A DNA stretch of 64,000 bases from Octopus sinensis (taxonomy: Eukaryota), in assembly GCF_006345805.1 (NCBI RefSeq), contig NC_043005.1, positions 99,076,001 through 99,140,000 on the forward strand, written 5' to 3'. Under the pieces are notes generated by a model. That model saw only the letters and a program-made list of their open reading frames with translations. It searched no databases and was not told where the DNA came from. Positions 12,751 to 27,382 of the stretch are shown here, in pieces; position 1 is the stretch's first letter, and each line of letters starts with the position of its first letter. The position numbers and the translations under genes are program-made.

Positions 12751-13329
12751 TTAATTAGTCTTAAACAATAGCTTTTCTTGGAGGTCTGTACATAAACTCC
12801 ATTCAAAATATATGAATAATACACTTTTGTGGAGTAGAGTTGTCATTGTAAAAGGTTAGAAACTGTTCAGTTGAAATAGATACAGATTTTGAAGGGAAGT
12901 TTAGCTTTCAGTTTTAATTAATGTTGTAAGATCTAGACATGTGGTCACCATGGGAGACCAGCAGACCTTGTGAAGACAAGAATATATAAAGTTTTAAAAT
13001 GTTTTTAGTTGTTCAGGAATAGTGTGTGTAGGGCTGTGTGTTCCTTTAATATGCTTCTGTTTATGTTATATGTCCATCTGTCAGTACACACACACAAACA
13101 TATTTGCTTTATGCCAAGTTCCCCTAGCTGTCCCAGTGCACAGAACCTCTTGCTGAATTCTATGCTGGCAATTTCACTGTTGAGAATTCAAGTCTACCAT
13201 CTTCACTTCTGCTGACATTGAATTCCATAGCATCTGTTGAATTTACTCCTGCAATGCTTTAACATCAGAGCTAGGCTTTAGAATTGGTTATTCTTGGTTG
13301 AAAAGATGTAGCCATAATACTAGAACATT

Positions 13330-14650
13330 CTGAACCCAATGCAGTAACGTCTGGTGATCTACAGGGACCTATTTTAGGTTCCCTGTTGTTTGTAGAATAT
13401 TTTAATGAAATAGATCCAACTTGGAGCATGTTACAGTGTTAAAATACACAGAAGACATTAAGCTGTACTTTGAGAGAAAAAGAATGACTCCGATATTTCC
13501 TGCAATTTGACCAGGACAAAATGCAGCAATGGATTGCTGACTGTCAACTCATGCTGGCTTCAGACAACTTCATCACTGTACATTTTGGTTAGTAAAAGCT
13601 GTAATTTACTTACTCTCTCAACAACACAAACCTTAAAAAGTCTGCTAGTGAATGTGACCTTGGCATTATTATCAACAATGACCTGTGTTGGATGAGCCAC
13701 TTTTCTAAAATCACCAAAAAGGCTGACAGAAATCACTGTGTGTACCACTCAGGAAGACCTTTGTCAGCTACTCATCAGTTATCAATTTAAATCCATAAAG
13801 CGAAGACCTGTTGAGGCAAGTGAAATCGAAATTGATTTCGAAATCGAACCAAATGCCAACCTCCCTTCACTGGACACTAAACTCTGCTTGCGAAGACCTG
13901 TTGGGGCAAGTGAAATCGAAATTGAACCAAATTTGATGACTGGCACCCATGCCAGTGGAGTGCTAGCAGCTCCATCCGAGTGGGATCACTGCCAGAGCAG
14001 CTGTCTGGCTTGTAAAAAGCACCATTTGAGCGTGATCGTTGTCAGTGTCGCTAGACTGGCCCTCATGCTGGTGGCACTTTAAAAGCACCCACTACACTCT
14101 TGGAGTGGTTGGTGTTAGGAAGGGCATCCAGCTGTAGAAACTCTGCCAGATCAGATTGGACACTGGCGCAGCCATCTGGTTTGCCAGTCCTCAGTCAAAT
14201 TGTCCAACCCATGCTAGCATGGAAAGCGGATGTTAAACGATGATGATGATGAAATGGCTATAGTATTTCCACTCAGTTTGCATCTTTAGTTTGGAAAGCT
14301 TGTCTTGTCCAGAATGTTGGTCAACTGGAAGTTGTCCAGAGATGTACAGCTAGATGTCAGTCACCATATTTTGAAAGTCATTCTTCTCTGTACATGGACA
14401 CACTAAAGCTTTGACTTTTAACTGCTAATTTAGTGGAAGCACACAAAAGCATCCACTGTCCTTCCAACAACAACTTTGGCCATGTATCTCAACCACTTTG
14501 AATAAACTTACAAAACCCAAATCAGCATGACACCCATGACTTTTGGAAATAATTCTTCACACTGTGAATTACCGAAGAATGGAATTAAACTACCCACATT
14601 GGTCATTAGCTGTCAGGACATTGTCTCATTAGAAAATGCCATACTTTCCA
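13330..14650 (+). pseudogene. Degraded CR1/L2-group LINE RT, interrupted by the 13800-14252 insertion
   Basis: VTSGDLQGPILGSLLFVEYFNE (cf. VTSGVPQGSVLGP) and KYTEDIKLY (cf. FADDTKL). After the insertion it reads LEVVQRCTAR (cf. LERVQRRATR). Confidence 0.7.
13800..14252 (+). mobile_element. Composite of RTE 3' tail (two copies) and a family C SINE-like element
   Basis: GAAGACCTGTTG(A/G)GGCAAGTGAAATCGAAATTG occurs at 13802 and 13891. This is the same 3' end as the RTE at ~49080. A family C body and (GAT)n tail follow. Confidence 0.8.
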
Positions 14651-15499
14651 AAGATTCACACTATTCCTGATATCCCTATGCACCCTTTCTTCATTACTGT
14701 TCTTTTGCTGTTCACTTCCTTATCTTCATGGGTTTTATCCTTGGCACTCTGTATGAACTTTTGGCTGTCATTGTCATTTTTCACTTGGCTTATTTTTGCT
14801 TTCTATCCCCTCTTTTACTCTTTATGAATGAGTTGTAGTGCACCTGAACACTGTACAATAAGCTCATTATTATTATTCTCACATTAGGAACCTTGACTGT
14901 TGCAATTTAGTATTCCAGACCTCACAACTATAAACCTGACTCACACAAAAACAAAAAGAACCCTTAAAAAACTGAGAAACTTAGAGGGATTTTTAACAGA
15001 TTATTTAGAGACATTACTTTACAGTATCCCAAAGTAATCATCTGCAAAGGTTTATAACCTTTGCAGAATAGCCTTTACTGACTCAGATAGCAATACACAA
15101 AAACAATAAGACATAACTCTATATGTCTCAAACTTCTTCATCTACAACACATATATTACAGAAACGTTCACCACTGACAGTGTTGTTCCAGCATGGTTTT
15201 AGATGTGATGCTAAGCATCCATGAAAGAACCAAAACCTCAATACATCATATTCACCATATTTTCTCTTATGGTGAAATAAATCAGAATTTATTGCAAATT
15301 AACAGGTTTTCTAATAAATAATAAAAAGTAATACATCCTGTTAAATTTTTGTTTCCTCACAGGTTATTTTTATTTTTAAAATTGCTTTCATTATTACATC
15401 GTCATTATTATCATCATCATCATTATTAACATTATTATTACTACCATTAGCATTTTCTATATTTCACCGTTATCATCATTTATTATCATAGCTATCATT

Positions 15500-16410
15500 A
15501 AGGTGAGAGCTGGAAGAATTCTGCTGGGGTTGACTTTGCATTTCATCATTTCAGGGTTGATAAATTAAGCACCAGTGAAATACTGGGGTCAATGTAATTG
15601 ACTTAACCCCTTCTCTACCATTTCAGGCCTTGTGTCTTTAGTAGAAAGGAAAATTATTATAAATATCATTGAAGGTAGCGAGCTGGCAGAATTGTTAGCA
15701 CACCAGGCAAAATGGTGGTATTTCATCTGCCGCTACATTCTGAGTTCAAATTCCACCGAGGTCGACTTTGCCTTTCATCCTTTCGGGGTCAATTAAATAA
15801 GTACCAGTTATGTACTGGGGTCGATATAATCGACTTAATTCGTTTATCTGTCCTCGTTTGTCCTCTCTGTGTTTAGCCCCTTGTGGGTAGTAAAGAAATA
15901 GGCATTTCATCTGCCGCTACATTCTGACTTTGCCTTTCATCCTTTCGGGGTCAATTAAATAAGTACCAGTTATGTACTGGGGTCGATATAATCGACTTAA
16001 TTCGTTTATCTGTCCTCGTTTGTCCTCTCTGTGTTTAGCCCCTTGTGGGTAGTAAAGAAATAGGCATTTCATCTGCCGCTACATTCTGACTTTGCCTTTC
16101 ATCCTTTCGGGGTTGATTAAATAAGGGGTCGATACAAACAACTTAATCCCTTCCCCCAAATTTGAGGCCTTGTGCTTCCACTAGAAAGGATTATATTATA
16201 ATAAAGCAATGAGTTTCAAGAATTGTAACAGCACCAGACAAAATGCTTAGCAGCGTTTCTTCCAACTTCATGTTCTGAGTTCAAATTCTGCCAGGGTTGC
16301 CCTTCATCTTTTCGGGGTCGATAAAATAAGTACCAGTTAAGCATTAGTATTGATGTAATCGACTTACTTCCTCCTGCAAACCTGCTGGCCTTCTGTCAAA
16401 ATTTGAAACC
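15500..16410 (+). mobile_element. Cluster of tRNA-derived SINE family B copies with an internal ~162-bp tandem duplication
   Basis: AAGGTAGCGAGCTGGCAGAAT head, GAGTTCAAATTCC B box and GTCGACTTTGCCTTTCATCC core. GGCATTTCATCTGCCGCTAC repeats at 15901 and 16063. Confidence 0.85.
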
Positions 16411-16424
16411 ATTATTATAACTAT

Positions 16425-16675
16425 CGGTGGCACGTAAAAAGCACCATCTAAATGTGGCCGATGCCAGCGCGCCTTGACTGGCTTCTGTGCTGGTGGCACA
16501 TAAAAAGCACCCACAACACTCACGAAGGGGTTGGCATTAGGAAGGGCATCCAGCTGTAGAAAAACTGTCAGATCAGACTGGAGCCTGGTGCAGCCTCCTG
16601 GCTTCTCAGACCCCTGTCAAACCGTCCAACCCATGCTAGCATGGAAAATGGACGTTGAACGATAATGATGATGAG
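16425..16675 (+). mobile_element. SINE-like family C copy
   Basis: Same motifs and (GAT)n tail. Confidence 0.8.
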
Positions 16676-17132
16676 GATTATTAATGCCATTATCAACATC
16701 TCTACCAATATCTTCATTAACATGAGAACCTCTTGGAAATAGCAGCCAAAATCACTCCTACCATCTTTAAAAAAGTAAAAAAAAGCAAAAATACATTTAA
16801 TACAGACCTAGAAAAAAAATGTGATGGTCACAGCTGGAACATCATTGATCTTGATATAATGATTAGTACTGCTGCAATTAAACAATATCTAATCATTAGC
16901 ATATTACTATACTAACAGTTAACCAACCTCATACAAACTGTTAACTGCCACTCAAACCACCACCATCATCGCCACCCCCACAACCCCACCCTCATCGCCC
17001 ACCACAACCCCACCCCCACCCCACCCCACCAGCACTACCACCTTATATTAGTAACCAAAACTAAGATTTATTAATTCAGAAAAAAATATTCAAATATTGT
17101 ATTATTAATAATGATTTCTTTTATTGTTAATG

Positions 17133-17184
<52 letters not shown>

Positions 17185-18879
17185 TCACCACCACAAACAA
17201 TATTAATAAAAAATAAAAGTAAAACAGTACTTAGCAAACGTCAACATTTATAACATTTTCTATAAGAACATAGAATTCTCATTTTAATTCTCCAATACTT
17301 GCCTCCCACCCCATCCCCACCCCGATATTTACCAGCTCATACCCCCATCTCCATCCACTACCACCACCTTCCACCTCCAAACAACTTGAATTAAGCTGAT
17401 AAGAAGCTATCTAAATGTGGAGAGATTTTTACAAAATATATATATTCATAGCCTCACACACACACACACACTGACATTCAAACAATTCACACATACATAC
17501 ACACTGACAGTCACACACACACACACACACACAGAGTGTGTATACCTGTATATATTAATGTAATGTTAACCACATACAAATTAGACAAGCTACATTTGTT
17601 GAGTATGTATATACATATGTTGTACATATGTGTATATATGTATGTGTGTGTGTGTGTATGTGTATATATGTGTTTGTACATATATACTTGAAGATATATA
17701 TACCTATGTGTATGTGTGTGTGTGTGTGTGTATTCATGTATGTATATCTTCTGAATTTGTGTTGAGGAGATAATGCAGTAGAACTTGGTTGATGTAATAT
17801 GACCTTATCACATGTATCTGCATATATACAAAATAATATATATATGTATGTATGTTTGTATGTATGTATGTACAATTGTATGTATGTATGTAATATGCGT
17901 ATGTGTGTGTGTGTATTATGAAATCTCATCATAAATGATTATTGACTATCCCTTAGGGAATGAGATACATATTAATAACCTTATTTGCATACTGCATCTT
18001 TACAAGGGGGAAGGGAGGAGAATGTTGTTGAATCTCTGAACTTGATGGAGTCGGTGGTGGGGATAATGTTTATAGCTGTACTGAAGTTGATGATATTGAG
18101 CTGTAGTGATGGTCGTGGTCGGGAGTGAGTGTGTGTGTGTGTGTGTGGAGGTGGGTAGATGAAGTGGTTGTGATGGTAGTATCAATGATAAGGTGGTGGT
18201 GTTGATAATGGCTATGCTGAGGATAGCATCATTGCCGATGCTGTCAGGGCCTTTCCCATAGCCTTTTACATGTAAGATAACAGATGTATCAACTGCTGAA
18301 TATTTTGTAGGTAACCAACGAACCTGATTTTGACTCAGACCATCAGAGGAGGCTTCTATGCAAGTCATTTGACTGGCTAGAAAAAGTAACCAAATCTTTC
18401 TCAAATCACATGCCCACCAATTTAAAGGGAGAGGACATAGGCGTGGCTGTGCGTTTGGAAGCTTGCTTCCCAACCACATGGTTCATATCAATGAGGGGGT
18501 GCTGGTGTGCATTGATGTCGTCGAGTGGTAGGCCCTGAAATGCACGCATTTAAAGCCTGGCTAGGCTTTAAAAGGGCGCGTTTATTTTACCATATATATA
18601 TATATATATATAAATGTATATATGTATATATCTATGTGTTTTTGTGTCTGTTTGTCACTCACCACCACTTGACAACCGGTGTTGGTGTGTTTACATCCCT
18701 GTAACTTAGTAGTTCAGCAAAAGACACTGATAGAATAAGTACAAGGTTTAAAATTATAAGTCCTTGGGTAGATTTGTTTGACTAAAACCATTCAGGGTGG
18801 TGCTCTAGCATGGCCACAGTCAAATGATTGAAGAAAATAAAAGATAAAAGATTAGATAATGAAGTTCTAGATGCACAAA

Positions 18880-19393
18880 GATATGAGATGGTCATATTTG
18901 GAACGGTTTTGATCTGCTGAGTTGGAGCTAACCTTGAGTTAAGCAACAACTTTGACTCTGTTGATGCGTTTGAAATTGTGTGAGGTTGGTGGAAGTATGG
19001 TGGTGACCCTGCTGGACGAGTGAAGGAATTGGCTGGCAGAAGAAAAGAAATGCTGTGTAAACCTCCTCAAGGAGTGTGAAGATGCAGGCTGGAAAGTGGA
19101 GCATTTTCCAATTGGAGTCGGATGTAGAGGGTTTGTTGGACACAGTGTAAGGTGACTGTTGTTATCATTAGACCTAACTCATCATAAAGTAAATACCTCC
19201 ATGAACGATATCCAAACTTCAGTAGAAAAGGCTGGGTACTGGATTTGCTTAAAAAGTGACAATGTGCAATGGCTAGAAGAATATTGAGCTTTATTTGATA
19301 ACTTGTTGATCTAGTAAGTGGGGCCTCGTATCAATGAGGGGGTGCTGGTGCGCATTGATGTCGTTGAGTGGTAGGCTCTGAAATGCACGCATT
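18880..19393 (+). pseudogene. Degraded 3' end of an R2-superfamily (Hero-like) LINE with restriction-like endonuclease
   Basis: CEDAGWKVEHFPIGVGCRGFVGHSV resembles the Hero-type PxEVGCRGF motif, with an LELT motif upstream. Its last 65 bp (19329-19393) recur at 18486-18550. Confidence 0.6.
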
Positions 19394-20194
19394 CTCTCCT
19401 GATGACACTTGCAGAGCTTTCGATTGGTAGCACTTGCATGTGCAAGATGTTTGCAAAACATCTAATGAAAAGGTGAGAGAAAAAGAAGGTAAAGAAATAG
19501 CTTGTTTGAAATAGGGGAAATCAGTAAGGAGAGAAAGCAAGGGAGAGAAATTGTGAAGGACAGAGTATAAGGAAGAAGTACGGAAAGAGAAAGAAATGAA
19601 GAATCACAACCAACAGAAATGGAAATTATATAAATTAAGACAACATTGCAAATAAATGAAAGACAAAATTCTTACTATAACCTATTAAATTTCTTACTCG
19701 TATTTCTCTCTCCTAATTTGACTTATAATCTTTTTACTAACCACTTGCAGTACTCAATCAACTATCTCCTTTCTTGGCAACTTCTAATCTGTATGCCTTT
19801 AGCTTGCTGCCAATTTAATTACTCTGAGATTTGTTGTATAGGTAATTAGTATAACTAGTTTAGTGTTAATTGGTGAGGCATAAATTCATAACTCATCTTT
19901 CATTGTCAAAATTCTGAAACATTAGTATTTGTTATTTTTACTTCTTTCTTTTTAAAATGTTTACAATTTTTATTCCTTATGTAACATTCTGTTTTAAATT
20001 AAATTACTGCCAAGTCTGTGGTTCAGCTATCAAAACATGGATTTTAGCAACTCTGTCCAACTCTGAGATTGCCAGTACAAACAGTATTGATGTTTGTCGC
20101 TGAAAACAATATTCATAATGATCAATTTCCTGCTGTACAATTTTGTAATATCAAGTGACGTTATTTCAGTCCCTCAGCAGCTTTGCTCCTTTTG

Positions 20195-20233
<39 letters not shown>

Positions 20234-20573
20234 TAATAATATAATTATAAAACATTTTTCAATACCAGAGCTGGTATAGTGGTGCTTTCTCATTGCATGG
20301 CACCTTGGGCAAGTGTCTTTTACAACAGCCCTAGGGAAACTGAAAGAAGCCTGCCATATTCATACATATCTTTCTTCTATCTTTGGATTGCAGCCATGCT
20401 GGGGCACTACCTTGAAGGGTTTGGTCAAAGGAATCGACCCCAGTGCTTATTTTTTAAAAGCTTGGTACTTGTTCTATTGACCCCTTTTGCTAAACTGCTA
20501 AGTAATGGGGATGTAAACAAACCAATACTGGTTATCAAGTGATGGTGTAGATGGCAGGCAAACATAGAGGCAT

Positions 20574-20634
<61 letters not shown>

Positions 20635-20949
20635 TACTCATTACAGATATAGGGTAAAGAATTATGTATGTATATATATATATCTACATGTGTGAGTCTT
20701 TGTATCTGTACCCCCTCCTTCCATCACCATTACTTGACAATCAGTGTTTGTTGGTTTACATCCCTGAAACTCAGCAGCTCAGCAAGAGACGGGTAGAATA
20801 AATAGCAGTCTTTAGAAAGTATATACCGGGGGTGGGGGTAGAGTTGATTCATCTGACTATGACATGTCCAGACAGTGCCCCAGCATGGCCACAATCCAAA
20901 GACATAAACTAGGAGAAGAAAATATTTTCCAGTCCTTATTCTTACATGA

Positions 20950-21185
20950 GAAATGAATATGTATTTCTTTACTGCCCACGAGGGGCTAAACATAGAGGGG
21001 ACAAACAAGGACAGACAAACGGATTAAGTCGATTACATCGACCCCAGTGCATAACTGGTACTTATTTAATCGACCCCGAAAGGACAAAAGGAAAAGTCGA
21101 CCTCGGCAGAATTTGAACTCAGAACATAACGACAGACGAAATACTGCAAAGCATTTCACCCGGTGCGCTAACGTTTCTGCCAGCT
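20950..21185 (-). mobile_element. SINE family B copy
   Basis: Reverse complement of the family B head and core. Confidence 0.85.
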
Positions 21186-22099
21186 CATCGCCGCCTTTAC
21201 GAGAAATGACTATGTTGTCACAGTTTGCCAGAATCACATTGTTTCAGTTCCTAGGCAGTTTGCTGGTGACCTTTTCAACCAGGTGCACACCATTTTGCTC
21301 CCCAATCTTCCCTCCTTCTTCATCCTTCCCACCCTCCTTCTTCATCCTTCCCACTCTCCTCTACATGCTCCCATCTTCCCTTCCTCCTTTCTTCTCTCCT
21401 TCTTTTCTCTTCCCTCTCTTCCCTCCTCCACCCACCCTGTTTTTCTCTTTTCGCTTCGACTGATTTTAGTTAATTCGTTAATTATCTATTTGCTAATGTC
21501 CATCTGGTTGATTAGTTTGTTTTTAAGAGAAAACAAATCCCCAAAACACCAAAAATATTTTTTTCATCTTTCATTTCAACTCGTCTGGCTTTTTTCTTAA
21601 TGACTTACTAATTAAAAACACAATATTTAGCTATTTGTCTCTTTCTCCTTTGTTGCTTGCTCACTTTAATGTCTACAGTGTGCGTCACCTTATTTGAGTC
21701 AAGTGTTTTGGCTATAAAGAAATATGAAAGAGTTTTATTAATATTTCTATAAACATCAGTATTATAATAATAGAAAGCAATCTTTTGTGGGTAACATTTC
21801 TAGATGGGAGTAGTTTCTGTTGATTATAAGACCTGAGGTCATGTAGAATAAAGTGTTCTGCTGAGGAAAACAATGAAATACCTACGAAAGATTTGAACTT
21901 GTGAGTTGCTAGATGCCTCATCCACTTGGTCGTATAATTTTTCTTTAGTTTGCTTTAACTATCACTGCCAAGGCCATACTGAAGAAACCCCTTCAGTATA
22001 ATCATGTGTGAATTCTGCATGAATTATGAGACTGTGGTGAAATAAAGCATTTTTAAAATAACACCTTTGCTACTCTAAATGGGTTTCTTATTATTGTTA

Positions 22100-22990
22100 C
22101 TATTAAGGCAATGTATTGGTGAAACTGCTGGCTTGCAAGACAAAATGTTTAGCAGCATTTCATTTATCTTTATTTTCTGAAGTCAAATTCCAATGGGGTC
22201 AACATTGCCTTTCATCCTTTCAGGGAGATAAAATAAGTACCAATCAAGTACTGGGGTTAATGTAACCGTCTTCCCCTCTCCTCAAAAACTGCTAGCTCAA
22301 TGCCAAAATTTCAAACCATTATTATTATTAATCTTAAGGCAGTGAGCTAGCAGAATCATGAGCACACCAGACAAAATGCTTAGTGGTATAATGGCAGCAA
22401 GCTGGCAGAAAAGTTAGCATGCCAGGCGAAATGCTTAGCGGTATTTCATCTGTTGTTACGTTCTGAGTTCAAATTACGCCGAGGTCGACTTTGCCTTTCA
22501 TTCTTTCGGGGTTGATTAAATAAGTACCAGTTACGCACTGTGGTCGATGTAATCAACTTAATCCTTTTGTCTGTCCTTGTTTGTCCTCTTTGTGTTTAGC
22601 CCCCTGTGGGTAGTAAAGAAATAGGTATTTTGTCTGTCTTTATGTTCTGAGTTCAAATTCCACCAAAGTTGACTTTGCCTTTCATCCTTTTGGAGTCAAT
22701 AAAATAAATACCAGTGGTGCAATGAAGTCGACATAATTGACATACACCTTCCATCAAAATTATTTACCTTGTGCCAAAATTTGAAACTATTATTATTACT
22801 CTTAGAGCAGTGAATTAGCCGAAGTATTGGAGCTTCTAATGGTTTCTCTTTAGGCTCTTTGCATTCTGAGTTCAAATCCTGTTAATTTTGCTTCTCATCC
22901 TTTTGGCATCAATGCAATAAACTGACTACCTCCCATCAAACTTACCAGCTCTGTGCCTAAATTGAAAATTAAAATTGCCTTCCATCCCTC
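22100..22990 (+). mobile_element. Head-to-tail cluster of SINE family B copies
   Basis: Repeated AAGGCAGTGAGCTAGCAGAAT heads and GAGTTCAAAT B boxes, separated by (ATT)n. Confidence 0.8.
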
Positions 22991-23434
22991 TGAGGGTTCA
23001 GGTTTACTCACTTGTTCAAAATTTCATGTCTCCTGTTTTATGTTAGAAACAGTTATCCTTATGGATAACCTCTCTCTCCCACCTCCTCACTCCTCTTTGA
23101 TATCTCTACGTGAGTGTAAGATGTTGAGGGGATTCCTCTGAGACTCAACACCCACAGGAGGGTAGTTTTGGGATGCCATAGCTGATTATGCACAAGCTCA
23201 CACTGTGTCTGCGGAATCTGCAGAGTCTCCTGGTTGACAGAGATGACTAAGTGGGTTTTTTTTCCATTTGTTAGAATATTTTGCTATAGTTTGTTTCTTT
23301 GATTGAGCTACAATCTTGAGTCCAGTACAGAGCAAAGTTGAGAGTTTATCACGTGGAAATTTGAATGAGGGCTCTTTTCATTATTGCTATTTATTTCTTC
23401 TTCTTCTTCATCGTCATTATTATTATTATTATTA

Positions 23435-23497
<63 letters not shown>

Positions 23498-23499
<2 letters not shown>

Positions 23500-23619
23500 G
23501 CCTTTGCACAGCTTCTAACGCTGGAGATGTACTACAGTGTCAGCTGTTCACTACCAGTGAACTAAGGTAACACCTCTTATCTCTTGAGCACCTTCCAGAG
23601 TATTTGAACAGTTCCAAGC

Positions 23620-23622
<3 letters not shown>
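23498..23622 (-). mobile_element. R4/Dong-like LINE extreme 3' end inside a (TAA)n tract
   Basis: Minus strand reads ILLGTVQILWKVLKR* (cf. ALLGTAHILRRTL at ~31260). It is flanked by long (TAT)n on both sides. Confidence 0.65.
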
Positions 23623-23660
<38 letters not shown>

Positions 23661-23949
23661 CATTATTCATTTATTTATTGTTATTGTTAAGTTCCCTTGA
23701 TGCACCCCCACCCCTTTCCAACTAGTTTTGTATTTTGTCTTTTTGCTGGTCTCATCTCATTGCCTTTGTGACCAATAAAAATAAACCTTTATTATCATCA
23801 GTTGTACTAGTCTAGTAGCTTCTCAGCAACTGCATAATTCCTTTACAAAAGTGAATGTAGCTCTGTTCAATATATGAAATTTTTAGTTTCCTTTGTTATT
23901 GTTTTTAGTATTGGAAGTGCTTTATGTACACTACCAGTTTGTGTGTATA

Positions 23950-24400
23950 TTATGTGTATGTTCTGAGATTTGGTTATACATTGTCAATATCTCTCCTTAT
24001 CAATTCATTCAGGGTATTCACTACTATTATTATGGAGAATGTTTCTCCTTTCAATCCCCACATTCTGGATATTCCTATTTCCAAATTTTCATATTTGAAT
24101 AATTTCTCTGTCGGAACTATATTGTTTGTTGAAATTGGTACATTGATATGGAGGATATTATTTCTCTTGAATATCTTTTGCATTAATATCTTGGGTATTT
24201 GCCTTAATCTCCCAGTCTATGTGAACTGATTTGCCATAGAGTATAACCACTTTGTAGCTCCTGCTGGTGCATATTTGCATCATCTCTTTTCTATTGATAT
24301 TTCATAATACTGCTATAATTTCCAACTATGTCTTGCTTTTACATATTCCCTTTTCATTAAGGTTGGGCAACCAAACACATCATAAAATGGATGGTTTATA
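23950..24400 (-). pseudogene. Older R4/Dong-like endonuclease fragment
   Basis: VHIDWEIKANTQDI and KYENLEIGISRMWGLKGETFSIII are homologous to the 31317-31937 protein. Confidence 0.7.
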
Positions 24401-27382
24401 AAAGCAAGATTTGAGTTGATACTTTATAACTTGGCTTGCTGTCTCTGCTACTACCACTGCTTTACCATGATGATTACTGGTACTATTTGAACTTTTGGCT
24501 ATATAACCTTATCTTGAAAGTGCTGATGTACAACCATTTTGGCTATATAACCTTATCTTGAAAGTGTTGATGTACAACCACAGCTGGTTTTGCTCTTGCC
24601 ATGTCAATGGGTGTACCAGTTAATTGAGTTAGAAACTAGGTAATGGGGACTGGTACCACTTGTGCTATGGAGATAAAATTAAATTGTAAATATGTGGAGT
24701 TAACCTTTTTGTATTTAAACCAGCCATATCTGGACATGTTCAAGCTGGCCAGATCCAGCCTCATACACCTATCTCACAATGTCATTCTAAAAATAAGCAA
24801 TTATATCATTGAAATCTTGAAGTTACTAGATAATGCATGATTAATTCAAAAGAATGTAAATAATTAAGTATTACATATGACAGTAAGGTAGCAAGCAGGC
24901 AGAATCGTTAGTACACTAGGTGAAATGCTTAGCAGTATTTCACCCTTCTTTATGTCCTAAGTTCAAATTCTGCCAAGGTCGACTTTGCCTTTCATCATTT
25001 TGGGGTTGATTAAATAAGTACCAGTTGAGCACTAGGATTGATGTAATGGGTCTGAGTATAAAAACTGCACCCTTCTGCTAAGCCATTTCGAGTCAGTGTG
25101 ATAAAGTAGGCTCATCAAACAAGGATGACCTGAAGCTCAAATTCACAGCCTGCACATCAGTGTGTGGCTGATGGAGAGAACAAGCTAAGGCCTTTGTCCT
25201 AGAGGCCTGAACATAGGCAGATGAAGCCAATCCATGGGATAGTAATCTGAATGCTAATTCACAAGGAACATTCTCCAAGATATTCATTAGAAACTCTTCA
25301 CTCTCAACCCTCTGAATCATTAATATTTCAGACAGTGGTGTTTTTGTTTATTGCTTATTCACTTATGCTTTGCCAATCTTTGATAAGTGTTGGCTATTTA
25401 TGGAATTGTCATACTGATATCTTATGGCATTTTGTAGTTGTATTTTTAGCTATTTTAATAATTTCTACCACCATTTCTGTGTCCTCCTAATTTTAGCCAA
25501 TGTTCTTCTCTTTTATGCCAGTTGATCTAAACATGACCAAAATAAGTTTCTTTCATGTTTTTCCTGTTCTGTAGCTATTCGTATTGCTTCTTCTTTATTA
25601 GATATTTCTCTTACATATTCAGATCTAATTGCCTTTTAGCATTTACATTTTTGTTTTTGAAACCTTTGTGGATTGTTCTAATTATTCTTAGGTGTTGGTC
25701 GTGTTACCACAACGTAGAATTATTGTCATTCATTCATTTCCTCCCCCATCTCCTCCTCCAGCTGCTCTTCTTCTTCTTCACCACCACCACTTTCTGTCTC
25801 CCTCCTCTACTTCCTCTTCTATCACCCTTATTATCCTCCTGCTGCTTTTCTCCTCCCCCTCCTCACTGCTGCAACTACTGCCCCCCCCCACCATCATCAT
25901 CATCATCATCAACAGTTCTACTGAATTTATGAATGATAAATACATTGACATGAACAATTTATTATTTTCTTATCTCTGAAGGTTGCGTATTTATTTTCTG
26001 TGAGATTCTTCAAGATATTGAGAAAGGTACAAAAAAAAAAAAGAAAGAAAAAGGAAAAAGAAAAAAAGAAAATCATAACAGTTTCACAATTTTCAAAACT
26101 GGAAAAACTTTAAGAAAGAAACATTAAAATTTAACAGTTAAAAACAAATGAAAATTTCAGAAATTTAATTTGATTTCAAAGAAAAATAAATTTACATGGA
26201 CTTAACATTATGCATGTTAGTATTTGTTTTGGAATAATCCCAACTTCTTCGTTTCTTAATACCAACAGTGGTGAATATTTTTTGGTTAATAATTCAGAAA
26301 TATTTTCTTTAATCCTTTTTTGTCTGTTTTGCAGTGATATATATTTTGATTCCTCAACTGTCAGTTTTTAGGTGTTGTTTTTCCTTTTTCTTTTTGTAGT
26401 TCTCTTTTTTGAATTTTTGTCAATAAAATTTTCTTATTCTTTCATTGGTAATGATTGCTGCAGATGGCACAGTTGATAGGATGTTGGACTATTAGTTTGG
26501 AAGGTTGGTGGTTCACATCTTGTTACTAGCAAGAATAGGGTTTCATTGGGGTAGGTCGGGGTTGACATCCCTGTCTTCCTGAGCTAGTTTTCCACCACAT
26601 TTCTTAACAATCATGGTAGAGGCCTTGGTTTCAGGACCACTCATGTCTAGAAACTGAGGTTGGGGTAAGCAAGGGCATGCTCCCCGTAGAAAATCCAGCT
26701 CCAAAAAAGCCTCATGATAGCAAAGGAGAATGGGCACCAGCCAGCCCAAAGGTTAGGGAGGGTTGCACCTGCCTACCTCGGTTGCTATGGCATTGAGGTA
26801 GATCTGGCCACCCCTGTTAATGGGGACAAAACCCGGATTTAAAACACTGGATGATGATGACAATGATGATGGTGGACCCATGCATGAAAGTTAATATACT
26901 ATCAAGAAGAATGGTGGTTGAAATAATAACCTTGTGTAATTCATGTCAGCATGGATCTTAAAATGGTAATGATGGAGTTGTTAGTGATGATGGTGACTGT
27001 GTGAATGCATGTGTAGGTAACTCTTTAGGTTAAGACATGAAGCCTTAGATCTGTCAATTCATTACATGCATGGAATTAAAGCAAATTAAAAATGTTCGTA
27101 CACACACACACACACATGAATGCATTCATGTACATTGTTTGCACACACACACACACACATGTACACGCTGACTTAAATTTCTTCTATGGCTTCTGTAGAT
27201 CCAGATTTACTGGTGACATGATATCTTATTTCATACACAAATAGTCTCTTGTTCTTGAGAAATATCGCAAAATCAATCCCACAATCTTGTCGTATATGAC
27301 ATCACACTGCTTTAAAGCAACATCTGTTGAAGGCGAACTCATGACGTCATGTACACACATTTTCTGTCATTATCACATGATT

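Noticed and set aside
18000-18400. Candidate exon(s): open frames on both strands with acceptor-like sites
   Set aside because: Strand and frame are ambiguous, the sequence runs into CA repeats, and no protein family is recognised.
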